Source of the DNA: Antedon mediterranea
Lineage: Eukaryota > Animalia > Echinodermata
NCBI RefSeq assembly: GCF_964355755.1
Contig: NC_092673.1
Coordinates: 35,027,648-35,091,647, forward strand
Direction: 5' to 3'
Length of the DNA stretch: 64,000 nt
Of the stretch, positions 1-13,431 are shown one piece after another (the stretch's first letter is position 1; each line of letters starts with the position of its first letter). The position numbers were made by a program, and so were the translations under genes. The notes under the pieces were generated by a model that made no database searches, was not told where the DNA came from, and saw only the letters and a list, made by a program, of their open reading frames with translations.

Positions 1-2
1 AA

Positions 3-3000
3 TTGAGTTTATCAAATCTTACTATTCTGTATGACACAGTAAAAATAACCAAGCAATTTGGCTTTAAGTCAACAGTTAAAAATCAACCTCCAGAAGGTAT
101 TGAAAAACATGTTGTATGGATGCTGACATCTTCCAGACAAAAGATTTTTAAGTTAGGATTAGAACTTAAAGAGAATGATGTATCCACATTAGATTCTTTA
201 TACAACAATCCACCAAAGAAATATCAAGACAGCTGGAGTTTGATTGAAGATTTTGAAGACAGAGAGATCATTGATAAGGATTTTAAAAAAATGGATAAAT
301 TTCTTAAAATTTTGGACAAAAATAGAATGACAGGAGCGAAGAGGATTTTCTTTGATGGTTGGTGTATTATGTTTTCAAATTTTCATTCAAATATATAAAT
401 TTCCTAAAAAGTACGCTCTTATACATAACTTGGCCAATAATAAATCAACAATAAATTAAGTCATGATGGTTTATTTTTTATTGAATACATAATTAAATGG
501 CAGATCATTGAAGCAGATTCAAAATGCCTTTGATTGTTTATTGATTGCCTTGAATAGTTATATGAATTAGCCTAAGAAATACAAAAGTTCCACACTCTTG
601 GATATTTAAACATAACATTTTTATATTTAACGTGTTTGTAAATAATGATAGTAAATTTGGTTTTTAGGTAAATTATTACTAAAAACTAACTTTTTTTGGG
701 AAAATATGTATGCTTGTAGTTTCCTTTCTATTTTACTATATTAATTATATATAGAAATATAGAGAAAATACACGGATGTGTCCGGCCGTGGATAGTTTCT
801 TTACTTTGGTTAATAAGCATTTTATTACGATTTTAAATTCACGCTTTCAATCAAGAACCGTCAGTATAAAATGTCGTTATAATATTTTATTTCATTTTGT
901 TTATTATTGTTTACCATTTTTAGCCAAATTTCCCCCTACTCAATTAGAAAATGGTCCCAATTATATATTATGGCCCTGATTATTTTATTTACTGTAACAA
1001 ATTTGTTTAATAGTTAAGTCTGAAATGTTAATTTTCATTATTCATAAATGCCAGGATGTCTTTTACGAATTGCTAAAACTTTTTTGTGTAAATTTGAAAG
1101 TTAAAAGAAACCAACATGGCAATTCAGAGTCAAACTATTTTTAGAAGAAGTTGATTATTACTAGATTTTGCAATAAAGAATATCATTAAAATGCATTTAA
1201 AAATGCTAATAATAGCAAAATCTTTCCGATAGTGGAGACCATGACCATACATGACAGAATGCCCTTGACTGCCACCTGATTCCCCCATTGTCCTGAATAA
1301 GAATTATTGAATTTTGTCACAAAAATAATACACACTCTCCAGTGTGATATTCTAAAAAACTAATATTGATTAATTAATTTAGATGTGTACCTGTATATTA
1401 TTTTTCTTTTAACTTAGAGTGGGAATTGAATAAAAGAATAATGTCTTCTTCTTTTAACTGGAAACAAAAACTATCACCAACAGATAAAGGTATAAACAAC
1501 AAGATTTTTAAGAAAATTAAATTTGATATCAAGAACGTATTTCAAAAAATTACTTTTCTTATTATATTGAAAGTTATGAAAGAACCAGGAATAAAAGGAA
1601 TTTTGCTTTAGGCCTTGGATTGAAGCTAATGTTTCAATTATTTAAAATTTTGATATATAAATACATTTTTTTTTCATTGAAACACTATTACTATTAATAT
1701 TCTTTTACTAATTGATGAGATTTTATTTAACAGCAATCAAGATTTTTCTAAAAGAACATCAAAAAGCATCGTATAAAGATATGAACCAAATGGGAACAGC
1801 AGTTTTTAATGAAGAACATAAAGTTAACATTGCAGACTTATTCACTGATCTCAAGTTACTTCAATCTACAAAAGGAAAACTGGTTGACCAAGCAACCAGA
1901 CGGCAGGATGCTAAACATACAAATTTGAATGAAGTATTGAAGATTATAAAATCTGACCATTCATGTAAAGTTCTAATAACAGGTAAAGGGGGGATGGGAA
2001 AGACGACCCTTCTTCGACACATTACTTATAACTGGGCTAACGATAATGATGATACATTTGCTGACAAAATATTGTTTCTGATTAATATCAGAGATATAGA
2101 GGATGGAAAGACAATCATAGATACTATTGTAGATGAAATTGACCTTGAAACATTTACTGAATCTATAGATACAGAATCCCAAACAGAGTCTATAAAATTA
2201 ATCAAGACATTCTTAATTAAACATGGGAATGAAATAGTTATACTATTAGATGGATTAGATGAGTTAAAGCAAGGTGCTAAAAAACCACTGCAATTATTGA
2301 AATTTAAATCAGATTATAAAAATACCACAATAATAACATCACGACCTGAAAATATTACATCATTTGCTGAAAACTGTGATGTACATGTTAAAGTCAATGG
2401 ATTTAGTGAAGAAAGTATGAAGCTTTATATTAAGAAATACTTTTTAGAAAAACATAGATTAGGAAAAAAATTAATGATTGAATTAACATTGATTTCACAC
2501 AAGCAATATTATGATTCTGAGAATTTAAATTCAAAATATTTAGACTCAGAGGATTTTCATTCAGAGAATTCAGATTCAGAGGAGGATTCAGATTCAGATA
2601 ATTCAGATTCAGATAATTCAGATTCAGGGGAGTATTCAGATTCAGATAATTCAAATTCAGAAGACAAGTATTCTGATTCATTCAGAAATATAGATATACT
2701 TGATTTGTGTTCATCTCCTTTGTTATTACTTCTGATTTGTAGTATTTGGGAAGAATCTGAAAAGCTTCCCAATGACTTGTCAAATCTTTTCAAAGAACTA
2801 ATTTGTTGCACTTTAAATCAATTTTTTTCCAAGCAAAATAGTGAGATAAACACAAGAATTGCACATCTGAACAGACTTACATCTGAATATAAAACTGCAA
2901 TACTAGCATTAGGCCAATGCATGTATGAAGGATTAAAGAAAAATGCACTTATAATTGACAAGTTTGAGTTCACAAATATGTTTGAAGATAAATCAATAGT

Positions 3001-6000
3001 AGATTTGGCACTAAAAATTGGATTTGTTTACAAAAAACCACCTCTTAATAAAAGAGATAGTAAGGAAATGTTTGCTCCACCACATAAGCTATTTTCAGAG
3101 GCATTAGCAGGGTTTTACCTCGCTGATAAGTGTCAGTCAGGTGATTTGAAGGAGGAGGAGTGTGAAGTGATAATATCTAATAAATATCTACATATGACAA
3201 TCACATTCACTATAGGATTCCTAGGTGCTGATGCTGGTAGATTTATGAAACATTGGTTGAAAGTGAAAGCCTCAAATTTGTATTCATTGTCTAAGTACTT
3301 CAGATATGTAAAGGCAGAACATGAACAGGCTGTAATAGAAGAATTAGATACAACAATATCAAATGATAAAGTACTGAAAGAAACATGTTCAGAAATATCC
3401 AAGTCATTTAGGTATGCCCTAAGGTATATTAACCCTTTGGGTGAGCAAATAGCAACATCAAAAATGAAATTGGTACAACTTATGAGCAGATGTTACTGTT
3501 TGAATGAAGAGTTGAAATCATTGATTAGGAAAACAAGGTTGACTAAACCAACCACAGACTTTTGTGCTATACTAGTTCATTTCTTAATAGTAATAAATGA
3601 ACTAACAAGGTATGAATTGCAATCATTGGTAGAAGATAATGAGATTGATACTATTTCAACTATAATGGACAAATTTCAATTTCAATATGGCTTTAAAAAT
3701 ATTTCATTTGATAAATCACAGAGTCCTATTTTCTTGATACATTGTTTGAAATATTCACCCAACCTGAAAAATATCTATTTTAATCCTAACAGTCTAACTA
3801 TTACTACATTGAACCATGTTCTTGAAAATAACTTGCCACGTGACATAAAGCTTCATATTGAAAAGAATGATTTAAGTGATATTGATGTTGCTACACTTTG
3901 TAAATTGGTGAAACTAGTGGAGAAGTTTTCATTTAGAGACTGTAAACTATCAGTTGATCACCTATATGCTCTTGTAGATTTCTGTTATGAGAATGATAGT
4001 ACATTGATATGGATAGAATTAGATTTATGTGGGCTTAACCTATCTTCAATTAAAGGATCAAAATTAGCTTGTTTATTGAAATTTTCTCCAGAAATAATAC
4101 ATCTTGATATGAGTAATTGCCATCTGTCAGGTAGTATTATAAGAGGTTTATTAAATGAATGTGATAAAAACAATGTTGTATTGAAACCTGACATGCTTGA
4201 TCTAAACAGAAACAATCTGTCAGGTATTGATGGTATTACACTATTTAGGTTGATGAATCTAAATTGTATAAAGTATTCCAGTTTTAAATGGACTTATAGC
4301 CTGTCAGTTCATGACCTAATCAGTCTTATAGATGCCTGTCATGAACATAGTAGTATATTAACATGGAAAAAGTTGAATTTAAGTGGGATTAACCTAGCTA
4401 AATTTGAAGGATCAAAATTAGCTTCTTTTTTAAAATTCTCTCCAGAACTAGAACATCTTGATATGACTAATTGCCATCTGTCAGGTAGTATTATAAAAGA
4501 TTTATTGAATGAATGTGATAAAAACAATGTGGTATTGAAACCTGGCATGCTTGGTCTAAAGGGAAACAATTTGTCAGGTATTGATGGTAGTACACTATTT
4601 AGGTTGGTAGATTCAAATTGTATGAATTATTCTACTTTTGAATGGAAAGATTATAGCATGTCAGTTGATAACCTAAGAGGTTTTATAGATGCCTGTTATG
4701 AACATGATAGTATATTGACATGGGAACAGTTGAATTTAAGTTGGACTAACCTAGCTTCAATTGGCGGATCAAAATTAGCTTGTTTATTAAAATTCTCTCC
4801 ACAACTACAACATCTTAATATGAGAAATTGCCATCTCTCAGGTAGTATTATAAAAGATTTATTGAATGAATGTGATAAAAACAATGTGGTATTGAAACCT
4901 GGCATGCTTGGTCTAAAGGGAAACAATCTTTCAGATATTGATGGTGTTTCACTTGCCAGGTTGGTGGATTTAAATAGCTTGGGCTATTACACTTTTAAAT
5001 GTGGTGATTGTATCCCACCAGTAGGTGAAGTAAGAGGTCTTCTAGATTCTTGTTATGTACATAATAAGATAGTGAAATTGGAAAGGTTGAGTTTAAGTGG
5101 AATTAACCTATCTTCAATGGAAGGAACAAAATTAGCTTGTTTAATCAAATTCTCTCCAAAATTAAAACATCTTGATATGAGTAATTGCCATCTCTCAGGT
5201 AGTATTATAAAAGATTTATTGAATGAATGTGATAAAAACAATGTGATATTGGAACAAGGCATGCTTGATCTAACGGAAAACAATGTGTCAGATATTGATG
5301 GTTTTACACTATTTAGGTTGGTGAACCTAATTGATATGGTTGATGACTATTTTAAATGGGTTGATTATAACCTGTCAGTTAATAACCTAAGAGGTCTTGT
5401 AGATGCCTGTTACGAACATGGTAGGATATTGACATGGGAACAGTTGAATTTAAGTGGGATTAACCTAGCTTCCATTGAAGGATCACAATTAGCTTGTTTA
5501 TTAAAATCCTCTCCAGAAATAGAACGTCTTTATATGAGTAATTGTCATCTCTCAGGTAGTATTATAAAAGATTTATTGAATGAATGTGATAAAAACAATG
5601 TGATATTGGAACAAGGCATGCTTGATCTAACGGAAAACAATGTGTCAGATATTGATGGTTTTACACTATTTAGGTTGGTGAACCTAATTGATATGGTTGA
5701 TGACTATTTTAAATGGGTTGATTATAACCTGTCAGTTAATAACCTAAGAGGTCTTGTAGATGCCTGTTACGAACATGGTAGGATATTGACATGGGAAAAC
5801 TTGAATTTAAGCGGCCTTGACTTAGCTTCCATTGAGTTATCTACAGTAGCTTTTTTATTAAAATTCTCTCCACAACTACTATGTCTTGATTTGAGGAATT
5901 GCCATCTCTCAGGTAGTATTATAAAAGATTTATTGAATGAATGTGATAAAAACAATGTGGTATTGAAACCTGGCATGCTTGGTCTAAAGGGAAACAATCT

Positions 6001-7756
6001 TTCAGATATTGATGGTGTTTCACTTGCCAGGTTGGTGGATTTAAATAGCTTGGGCTATTACACTTTTAAATGTGGTGATTGTATCCCACCAGTAGGTGAA
6101 GTAAGAGGTCTTCTAGATTCTTGTTATGTACATAATAAGATAGTGAAATTGGAAAGGTTGAGTTTAAGTGGAATTAACCTATCTTCAATGGAAGGAACAA
6201 AATTAGCTTGTTTAATCAAATTCTCTCCAAAATTAAAACATCTTGATATGAGTAATTGCCATCTCTCAGGTAGTATTATAAAAGATTTATTGAATGAATG
6301 TGATAAAAACAATGTGATATTGGAACAAGGCATGCTTGATCTAACGGAAAACAATGTGTCAGATATTGATGGTTTTACACTATTTAGGTTGGTGAACCTA
6401 ATTGATATGGTTGATGACTATTTTAAATGGGTTGATTATAACCTGTCAGTTAATAACCTAAGAGGTCTTGTAGATGCCTGTTACGAACATGGTAGGATAT
6501 TGACATGGGAAAACTTGAATTTAAGCGGCCTTGACTTAGCTTCCATTGAGTTATCTACAGTAGCTTTTTTATTAAAATTCTCTCCACAACTACTATGTCT
6601 TGATTTGAGGAATTGCCATCTCTCAGGTAGTAGTATAAAAGATTTATTGGATGAATGTGATAAAAACAATGTGGCATTGTCTGACCGAATGAAAGGCAAT
6701 GTGAAGTGTAAAATACTGTATCTAGAAGAAAACAATCTGTCAAAAATAGATGGTGTTTCACTTTTTATGTTGGTGAATAATTATGACACTTTTAAATGCT
6801 ATAATTATAACCTGTCAGTCCATAACCTACAAGAACTTGTAGATGTCTGTAAAGTTAATGATAGTATATTGACATGGAGTGATTTAGATTTAAGTGGACT
6901 TAACCTTGTAGGATCCACATTAGCTGGTTTAATACAATTCTCTCCATTGTTAAAACATCTCAGTTTGGAAAATTGCAATCTTTCAGGTGGAATAATAATG
7001 TCTGTATTGAATGAATGTGAACGAAATGGAATAGTATTGAAAGAAATGCTGAATCTGATGGGCAATGACCTTTCAGACATCACAGATGAAACATCAATTG
7101 CTAAATTAGAATGGATAAGTAGTAATCATAATTTGTTTTCTAATCCAGTGTCAGATCTAGACAACTTAGAAAATGAAAACTCAGACTTAAAGAACTTAAG
7201 AAATGAAAACTCAGATTTAGACAACTTGGGAAATGAAAACTCAGATTTAGGCAACTTAGGAAATGAAAGCTCAGATGTAGACTACTTGGGAAATGAAAAC
7301 ACAGATTTAGAAAACTCTGGAAATAAAAACTCAGATCAAGAAAACTTGGGAAATGCAACAGATTTAGACAACTTGGGAAAGGAAAACTCAGATCTAGACA
7401 ACTTAGGTAATGAAAACTTGAATTTAGACAACTTGGGAAATGAAAACTTGGATTTAGACAACTTGGGAAATGAAAACTCTAACTTAGATAATTTGGAAAA
7501 TGAAAATTCAGACTTTGACAACTTGGGAAATGAAAACTCAGATTTAAAAAATAAAGAAATCCTTGATGATCAAAAATCAGATTATAACAACACAGATCTA
7601 GAAAACACTGACATCTCTGATGTCCAAGACAATTCAGATCCAGGAATTGCAAACAAATCTAAAGTGGCTCTAATAATGCATTTTTTCAATTATTTGTTAC
7701 TATTTATTTTGCTTATGTATATTTTCAATTTGTTATTTGGCCTACAATTCTTTTAG
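3..7756 (+). CDS. NLR-family immune receptor (death-fold/DED-like - NACHT - LRR - acidic repeat - C-terminal TM); 5'-incomplete; exons <3..357, 1418..1489, 1734..7756
   Basis: Walker A GKGGMGKTT (~1982-2008), Walker B IVILLDGLDE, TIITSRP sensor-1, SPLLL motif, winged-helix PHKLFSEALAG and LxxLDLSNCxL-type LRRs. Splice sites are phase-consistent: GT at 358, AG ending 1417, GT at 1490, AG ending 1733 (all phase 1). TAG stop at 7754-7756. Confidence 0.92.
4000..7100 (+). repeat. Coding tandem repeat: nine ~357-bp (119-aa) LRR super-units
   Basis: The motif AATTG(C/T)CATCT..CAGGT starts at 4115, 4469, 4826, 5183, 5540, 5897, 6254, 6611 and (degenerate) 6971, giving spacings of 354-360 bp. Confidence 0.95.
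7150..7545 (+). repeat. Coding 30-bp repeat (~13 x NENSDLDNLG) forming an acidic stalk
   Basis: Repeated TCAGAT(C/T)TAGACAACTT(A/G)G(A/G)AAATGAAAAC, in frame within the NLR ORF. Confidence 0.95.
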
Positions 7757-7944
7757 AATTATAAATCATATTGCTTTTTATAATATCATACTAAAAATGA
7801 CAACTACATTTTCAAAATGAGCATGATTTATGTGAAATGTACTATGGATCCTGCTTACCTGGATAACCAACATTAGTTCTTTCCCTACGAAGTAGGGGAC
7901 AATTTGAAAAGAAGTATTCTTTATTGGAACACCCCTACATATCA

Positions 7945-8305
7945 ATGGAACCATTGGCTACAGCACCCTCTAGTGGGACCATCTCCATGTATTTCTATCA
8001 GTTCTTTCTGTATTGTTGAGTAAAGTACGAAAACAAACGAACGAACTAATTCAGAGAATTCTACAGCTGAAATTAAGTTGTTGTTTATTAAGATACGTTG
8101 AGAAACGTGGCCCTGAAGCAGGGCAGAAATATTATATATATACATAATATATAGACAAGATACGTTGACAATCGTTGCCCTTACTCCTATTGAAGCAGGG
8201 CAGAAATATTATAGATACGTTGACAATCGTTGCCCTCGTGGTTCATTCACGGGGCAGAAATACAGAATACAAAGGAATCAGTCCTGCATTTATTATTTAT
8301 GTATT
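7945..8305 (+). mobile_element. Dispersed element with internal 55-bp unit (short ~2-unit copy; homolog at 62965-63985)
   Basis: Shares its unique 5' part (TAGTGGGACC..GTACGAAAACAAA..GAATTCTACAGCTGA) and 3' part (CCCTCGTGGTTCATTCACGGGGCAGAAATACAGAATACAAAGGAATCAGTCCTGC) with the copy at the end of the window. Confidence 0.8.
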
Positions 8306-9025
8306 AATTGTAGATAAGTACCAAGTACTGTAGCCTATATCATTGTTTTTTTGTAGTATAAGATAATTTCTTGTACAGTATTGTGTCTTCAACAGTAAAA
8401 TCTTTATTAATGGACACCTAATTGTTGACTAAATGAAAGAAAGTTGTACAACCCCAGTTAAGTCATACTTAAAGGACACATTTCATTGTCTGAACAAGGC
8501 TAAAACATAAGAAAATTGTGGCTTAACTATTCGAAAAATACTCTCCTATTCAGTAAAAAGAGTTATTTGTATTGGTCTCAAAAGCGTCCCTTTAATAGGA
8601 TTCTACTGTATATCTTAATTCTAATTGATTGTTATTTTTTTAAATCTCATGTCTAGTTTTTGTAGTTGAGTATGGTAATGATATATTTTTATACTCTCCA
8701 GTATGTGGAGATTACATGATTTTAAGGTTTTTGAGTTTAAAGATTACATGAAATTGCATGAAGTATGTTGTAAATTAGATCGATGTACGTGTGGTGTTAC
8801 AACACCAGACATACATTGATTAAAATTTACACTTTAATCTACTTTTGTAAGATAATGTTGAAGAAAAGAATATATTTGAAATAATAATATAAATATAGAG
8901 TGTATTATTTTCTTTGTTGTAATTTTCTTTATCAAATGGTCATGTTGTTTTATATATGTTGACATTTATTTATAAATAACGACTGCAGTACAAAGACTTT
9001 TTAACAGATTAACTTTTTGTGATCG

Positions 9026-9240
9026 TGTCAAAATGATTATATTGCAGTTACTGCAGTAACCATATTTATTACTGCAGTAATGTATGATTTTAGTTTGTTT
9101 CAATGTAAAGGTTTGAAACAGTCAATGATATAAACAGTGTTTATGATTAGCCAAACAAGTACATAAATATTGGATAAACCTGTTTAAAAGAGTAAAGAAA
9201 TTGTAATTACTGAAGTAACTGCAGTTGAATCATTTTGACA
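9026..9240. mobile_element. Probable MITE
   Basis: Inverted termini TGTCAAAATGATT..TGCAGTTACTGCAGTAA / TTACTGAAGTAACTGCAG..AATCATTTTGACA. Confidence 0.55.
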
Positions 9241-9284
9241 TGTTCCCTTACGAAATTGATTGGTGTTATACAGTATTATTGTCT

Positions 9285-11370
9285 TCATCATCGTTTTTTA
9301 ACATCTTTGTTATCATCGTTTTAACATCTTTATTATCATCGTTTTAACATCTTTATTATCATCGTTTTAACATCTTCATTATCATCGTTTTAACATCTTC
9401 ATTATCATCGTTTTAACATCTTTGTTATCATCGTTTTAACATCTTTATTATCATCGTTTTAACACCTTTAATATCATCGTTTTAACATCTTCATTATCAT
9501 CGTTTTAAAATCTTTATTATCATCGTTTCAACATCTTCATTATCATCGTTTCAACATGTTTGTTATCGTTTTAACATCTTCATTATCATCGTTTAACATC
9601 TTTATTATCATCGTTTTACCACCTTTATTATCATCGTTTTAACATCTTCATTATCATCGTTTTAACATCTTTATTATCATCGTTTTAACATCTTTATTAT
9701 CATCGTTTTACCATCTTCATCGTTTTAACATCTTTATTATCATCGTTTTAACATCTTCATTATCATCATTTTAACGTCTTCATTATCATCGTTTTAACAT
9801 CTTTATTACATCGTTTTAACATCTTCATTATCATCGTTTTAACATCTTTATTACATCGTTTTAACATCTTCATTATCATCGTTTTAACATCTTCATTATC
9901 ATCGTTTTAACATCTTTATTATCATCGTTTTAACATCTTTATTATTATCGTTTTAACATCTTCATTATCATCGTTTTAACATCTTCATTATCATCGTTTT
10001 AACATCTTTATTATCATCGTTTTAACATCTTTATTACATCGTTTTAACATCTTCATTATCATCGTTTTAACATCTTCAATATCATCGCTTTAACATCTTC
10101 ATTATCATCGTTTTAACATCTTTATTATCATCGTTTTAACATCTTTATTATCATCGTTTTAACATCTTTATTATCATCGTTTTAACATCTTTATTATCAT
10201 CGTTTTAACATCTTCATCCTTTTAACATCTTCATTATCATCGTTTTAACATCTTTATTATCATCGTTTTAACATCTTCATTATCATCGTTTTAACATCTT
10301 CATTATCATCGTTTTAACATCTTTATTATCATCGTTTTAACATCTTCATTATCATCGTTTTAACATCTTTATTATCATCGTTTTACCATCTTCATCGTTT
10401 TAACATCTTTATTATCATCGTTTTAACATCTTCATTATCATCCTTTTAACATCTTCATTATCATCGTTTTAACATCTTTGTTATCATCGTTTTAACATCT
10501 TTATTATCATCGTTTTAACACCTTTAATATCATCGTTTTAACATCTTCATTATCATCGTTTTAAAATCTTTATTATCATCGTTTCAACATCTTCATTATC
10601 ATCGTTTTAACATGTTTGTTATCATCGTTTTAACATCTTCATTATCATCGTTTAACATCTTTATTATCATCGTTTTACCACCTTTATTATCATCGTTTTA
10701 ACATCTTTATTATCATCGTTTTAACATCTTCATCCTTTTAACATCTTCATTATCATCGTTTTAATATCTTTATTATCATCGTTTTAACATCTTTATTATC
10801 ATCGTTTTAACATCTTTATTATCATCGTTTTAACATCTTTATTATCATCGTTTTAACATCTTTATTATCATCGTTTTAACATCTTTATTATCATCGTTTT
10901 AACATCTTTATTATCATCGTGTTAACATCTTTATTATCATCGTTTTAACATCTTTATTATCATCGTTTTAACATCTTCATCATTATTGTTTTACCATATT
11001 CATCTTCATCGTTTTACCATCTTCATCATCATTGAACTGTTATTCATCTTCATCGTGTTACCATCTTCATCATCGTTTTATCATTCATCATCATCGTTTT
11101 AACATCTTCATCATCATCGTTTTAACATCTTCATCATCATCGTGTTACCATCTTCATTATTATTGTTTTACCATCTTCATCATCTTCGTTTTACCATCTT
11201 CTTCTTCATCGTTTTACCATCTTTATCATCTTCGTTTTACCATCTTCTTCTTCATCGTTTTACCATCTTCATCATCATCGTTTTACCATCTTCTTCTTCA
11301 TCGGTTTATCATCTTTTTCATCATCGTTTTTACCATCTTCTTTATCATCGTTTTACCTTCTTCATCTTTT
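9285..11370. repeat. 23-bp minisatellite (CATCGTTTTAACATCTT(T/C)ATTAT)n, ~2.1 kb
   Basis: Period of 23 seen directly (e.g. ATCG at 10801 and 10824). The array degenerates to CATCTTCATCATCATCGTTTTAC variants after ~10980. Confidence 0.97.
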
Positions 11371-12000
11371 TTTTTTTTCTCTTTTGTGGCGTTAACCACT
11401 ATTTATTCATTTCATTTCATCAACAGATTAATACAATTATTTCTAATAATAATAATAACTATTCATTGTTATTCTTACTTTTGTTTGGTTTATATGTATA
11501 TATATATATATTTTTTTATTTTTTTATTTTATCAACGTTACTGTTCTTGGAATCAGAGAATTAATATTTCTTTTCTGTTATCCACCTTTTTTCATAATTT
11601 TCTAGTATTTTTTTATTCTATAATTCTCAACATCTAAAATTGTGAACACTTAACTAATAAATGTACTGTAGGAGATACATTTACTAATGTTGTATAGTTA
11701 TTTTCGGTAGTATTTTTGACATATAATTCATATATACCCTATATACAGATTATATACATTATTTTATACATATATAATAATACATCTTTTATCATTTCAC
11801 CATCTTCATCATCGTTTTACCATCTTCATCTTTTAGCATTTTACCATGATCTTCTTTATCATCGTTTTATTCATTCATCGTCGTTTTACCGTCTCCATTC
11901 ATCGTTAGGCTAGACTAGCCTCAGTTACCGTCTTCTTCATCATTGACGGTCTTTTAACAATACGTGTTATGTGCAGGTTCATGTAGTTTTCTGGAACAAT

Positions 12001-12491
12001 AGGGAGGTTTCGCAACCTTACGAATACGATAACGAAAACGGATACGTCATACATTTGTGAAACTTTTGAGCTGATCCCCATTTCATATTCGTAAAGGGTA
12101 TTCGTGTTGACGAATATCACCAGTCATATTCGTAACTACAAAACGAGTAGGGCCTATAGTTTTTGATCTATTTTGCACATTTTGAATTTGAATTAGGAAT
12201 GATTCATTATTATAATATAATTATAGATTTATTGAAAGTAATTTACTAAAGTAATTTACTAAATGCCAGGTCAATTTTGATAAAATAATAGCAGTTTTTA
12301 AAGTCCTCACTCGCTTTGATGTTACGCTAGGCCTTGGCAGCCAAATTTACCGCAGTCATATTTTGGACGCGCCTCAATATTTCGTTGCCATGCGAAACAG
12401 ATTTGTTTATAGCTTACGCTTACGAAAACGAATACGTGTGCGTGACGTATCCGTTTTCGTTATCGTATTCGTAAGATTGCGAAACCTCTCT
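12001..12491. mobile_element. MITE with ~50-bp TIRs (PIF/Harbinger-like); partial copies at 12970-13055 and 13244-13430
   Basis: AGGGAGGTTTCGCAACCTTACGAATACGATAACGAAAACGGATACGTCA matches the reverse complement of 12443-12491. AAT is present on both flanks. Confidence 0.85.
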
Positions 12492-13054
12492 AATATAATT
12501 CAAATACGAAATTACAAATTTTCTGTCGTCCGATTTTGATAAAATAATTCGTAACTTTTTATAGAGGGCCGCGGCAAGAGCATTTGAATGAATTATCGTA
12601 AATCTTCTAATTGTAACCCTGGGTTATTATTCTTTGATTGTTTTATAGGGTGGGTTACTATTAGAAGGGGGTTACTATTAGAGTAGTTGGTTACTATTAC
12701 TAATCTTAAAATAGGAACCTGAAAATAGTAACCAACCTCCAACTTTTCCGGTCAGCAACTCATAGCAACCCCCACTCCCGAGATAAACATGCAAAGTTAT
12801 CTCCTTATTTTCAAAATACGGCTGCATCATATTTGTTACTCTAATAATGGGTTACTAGAGTAGTGATCTATTATTATAGATTGCCTTTATAAGGTGTAAT
12901 AATAGTGGGTTTACTCGGGGTTTACTATTAAAAGTGGGGGTTACTATTAGTATTAGAGTGTGGGTTACTAGGGAGGTTTCGCAACCTTACGAATACGATA
13001 ACGAAAACAGATACGCCATAAATTTGTGAAACTTTTGAGCTGATCCCATTTTCA

Positions 13055-13213
13055 TGAGATGGTATTCATGAAACCTGGACTAAATCTCTTTAGTCCAGGT
13101 TTCATGAATACCATCTCAAGGATAGTCCAGGATTATCCTTAGTCCTGGACTAGATAGTCCAGGACTAAGGATAGTCCAGGACTAAAGATAGTCCCCTTTC
13201 ATGAATACCGGCC
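13055..13213. repeat. Palindromic MITE fragment with a perfect 30-bp hairpin and a second 18-bp hairpin
   Basis: TGAGATGGTATTCATGAAACCTGGACTAAA-tctc-TTTAGTCCAGGTTTCATGAATACCATCTCA (13055-13118) and ATCCTTAGTCCTGGACTA-ga-TAGTCCAGGACTAAGGAT (13135-13172). Confidence 0.85.
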
Positions 13214-13431
13214 ATTGTATTTAATTACCGTAAATCTTCTAATAGAGAGGTTTCGCAATCTTACGAATACGATAACGAAAACGGATACGTCACGGACACG
13301 TATTCGTTTTCGTAAGCCAGTAAAAATCTATTTCGCATGGCAACGAAATATTGAGGCGCGTCCAAAATATGACTGCAGTAAATTTGAGCGAAGCGCAGGT
13401 ACGTGTTGCTTGGTGCTTGGCTGCCTAGGCC

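Noticed and set aside
1712-1733. Listed start of the 2014-aa ORF
   Set aside because: This is intronic sequence upstream of the acceptor at 1733. The true N-terminus comes from upstream exons.
1973-7521. Series of minus-strand 60-90-aa ORFs
   Set aside because: Antisense shadows of the NLR coding repeats. Their periodicity mirrors the 357-bp unit.
8690-8730. Candidate missing MRPS18C exon ending GATTTTAAG|GT
   Set aside because: The frame ending in DFK reads SMWRLHDFK and lacks the expected CxxC and ENP motifs.
11032-11637. 201-aa and 140-aa ORFs
   Set aside because: Translations of the degenerate minisatellite and AT-rich low-complexity DNA.
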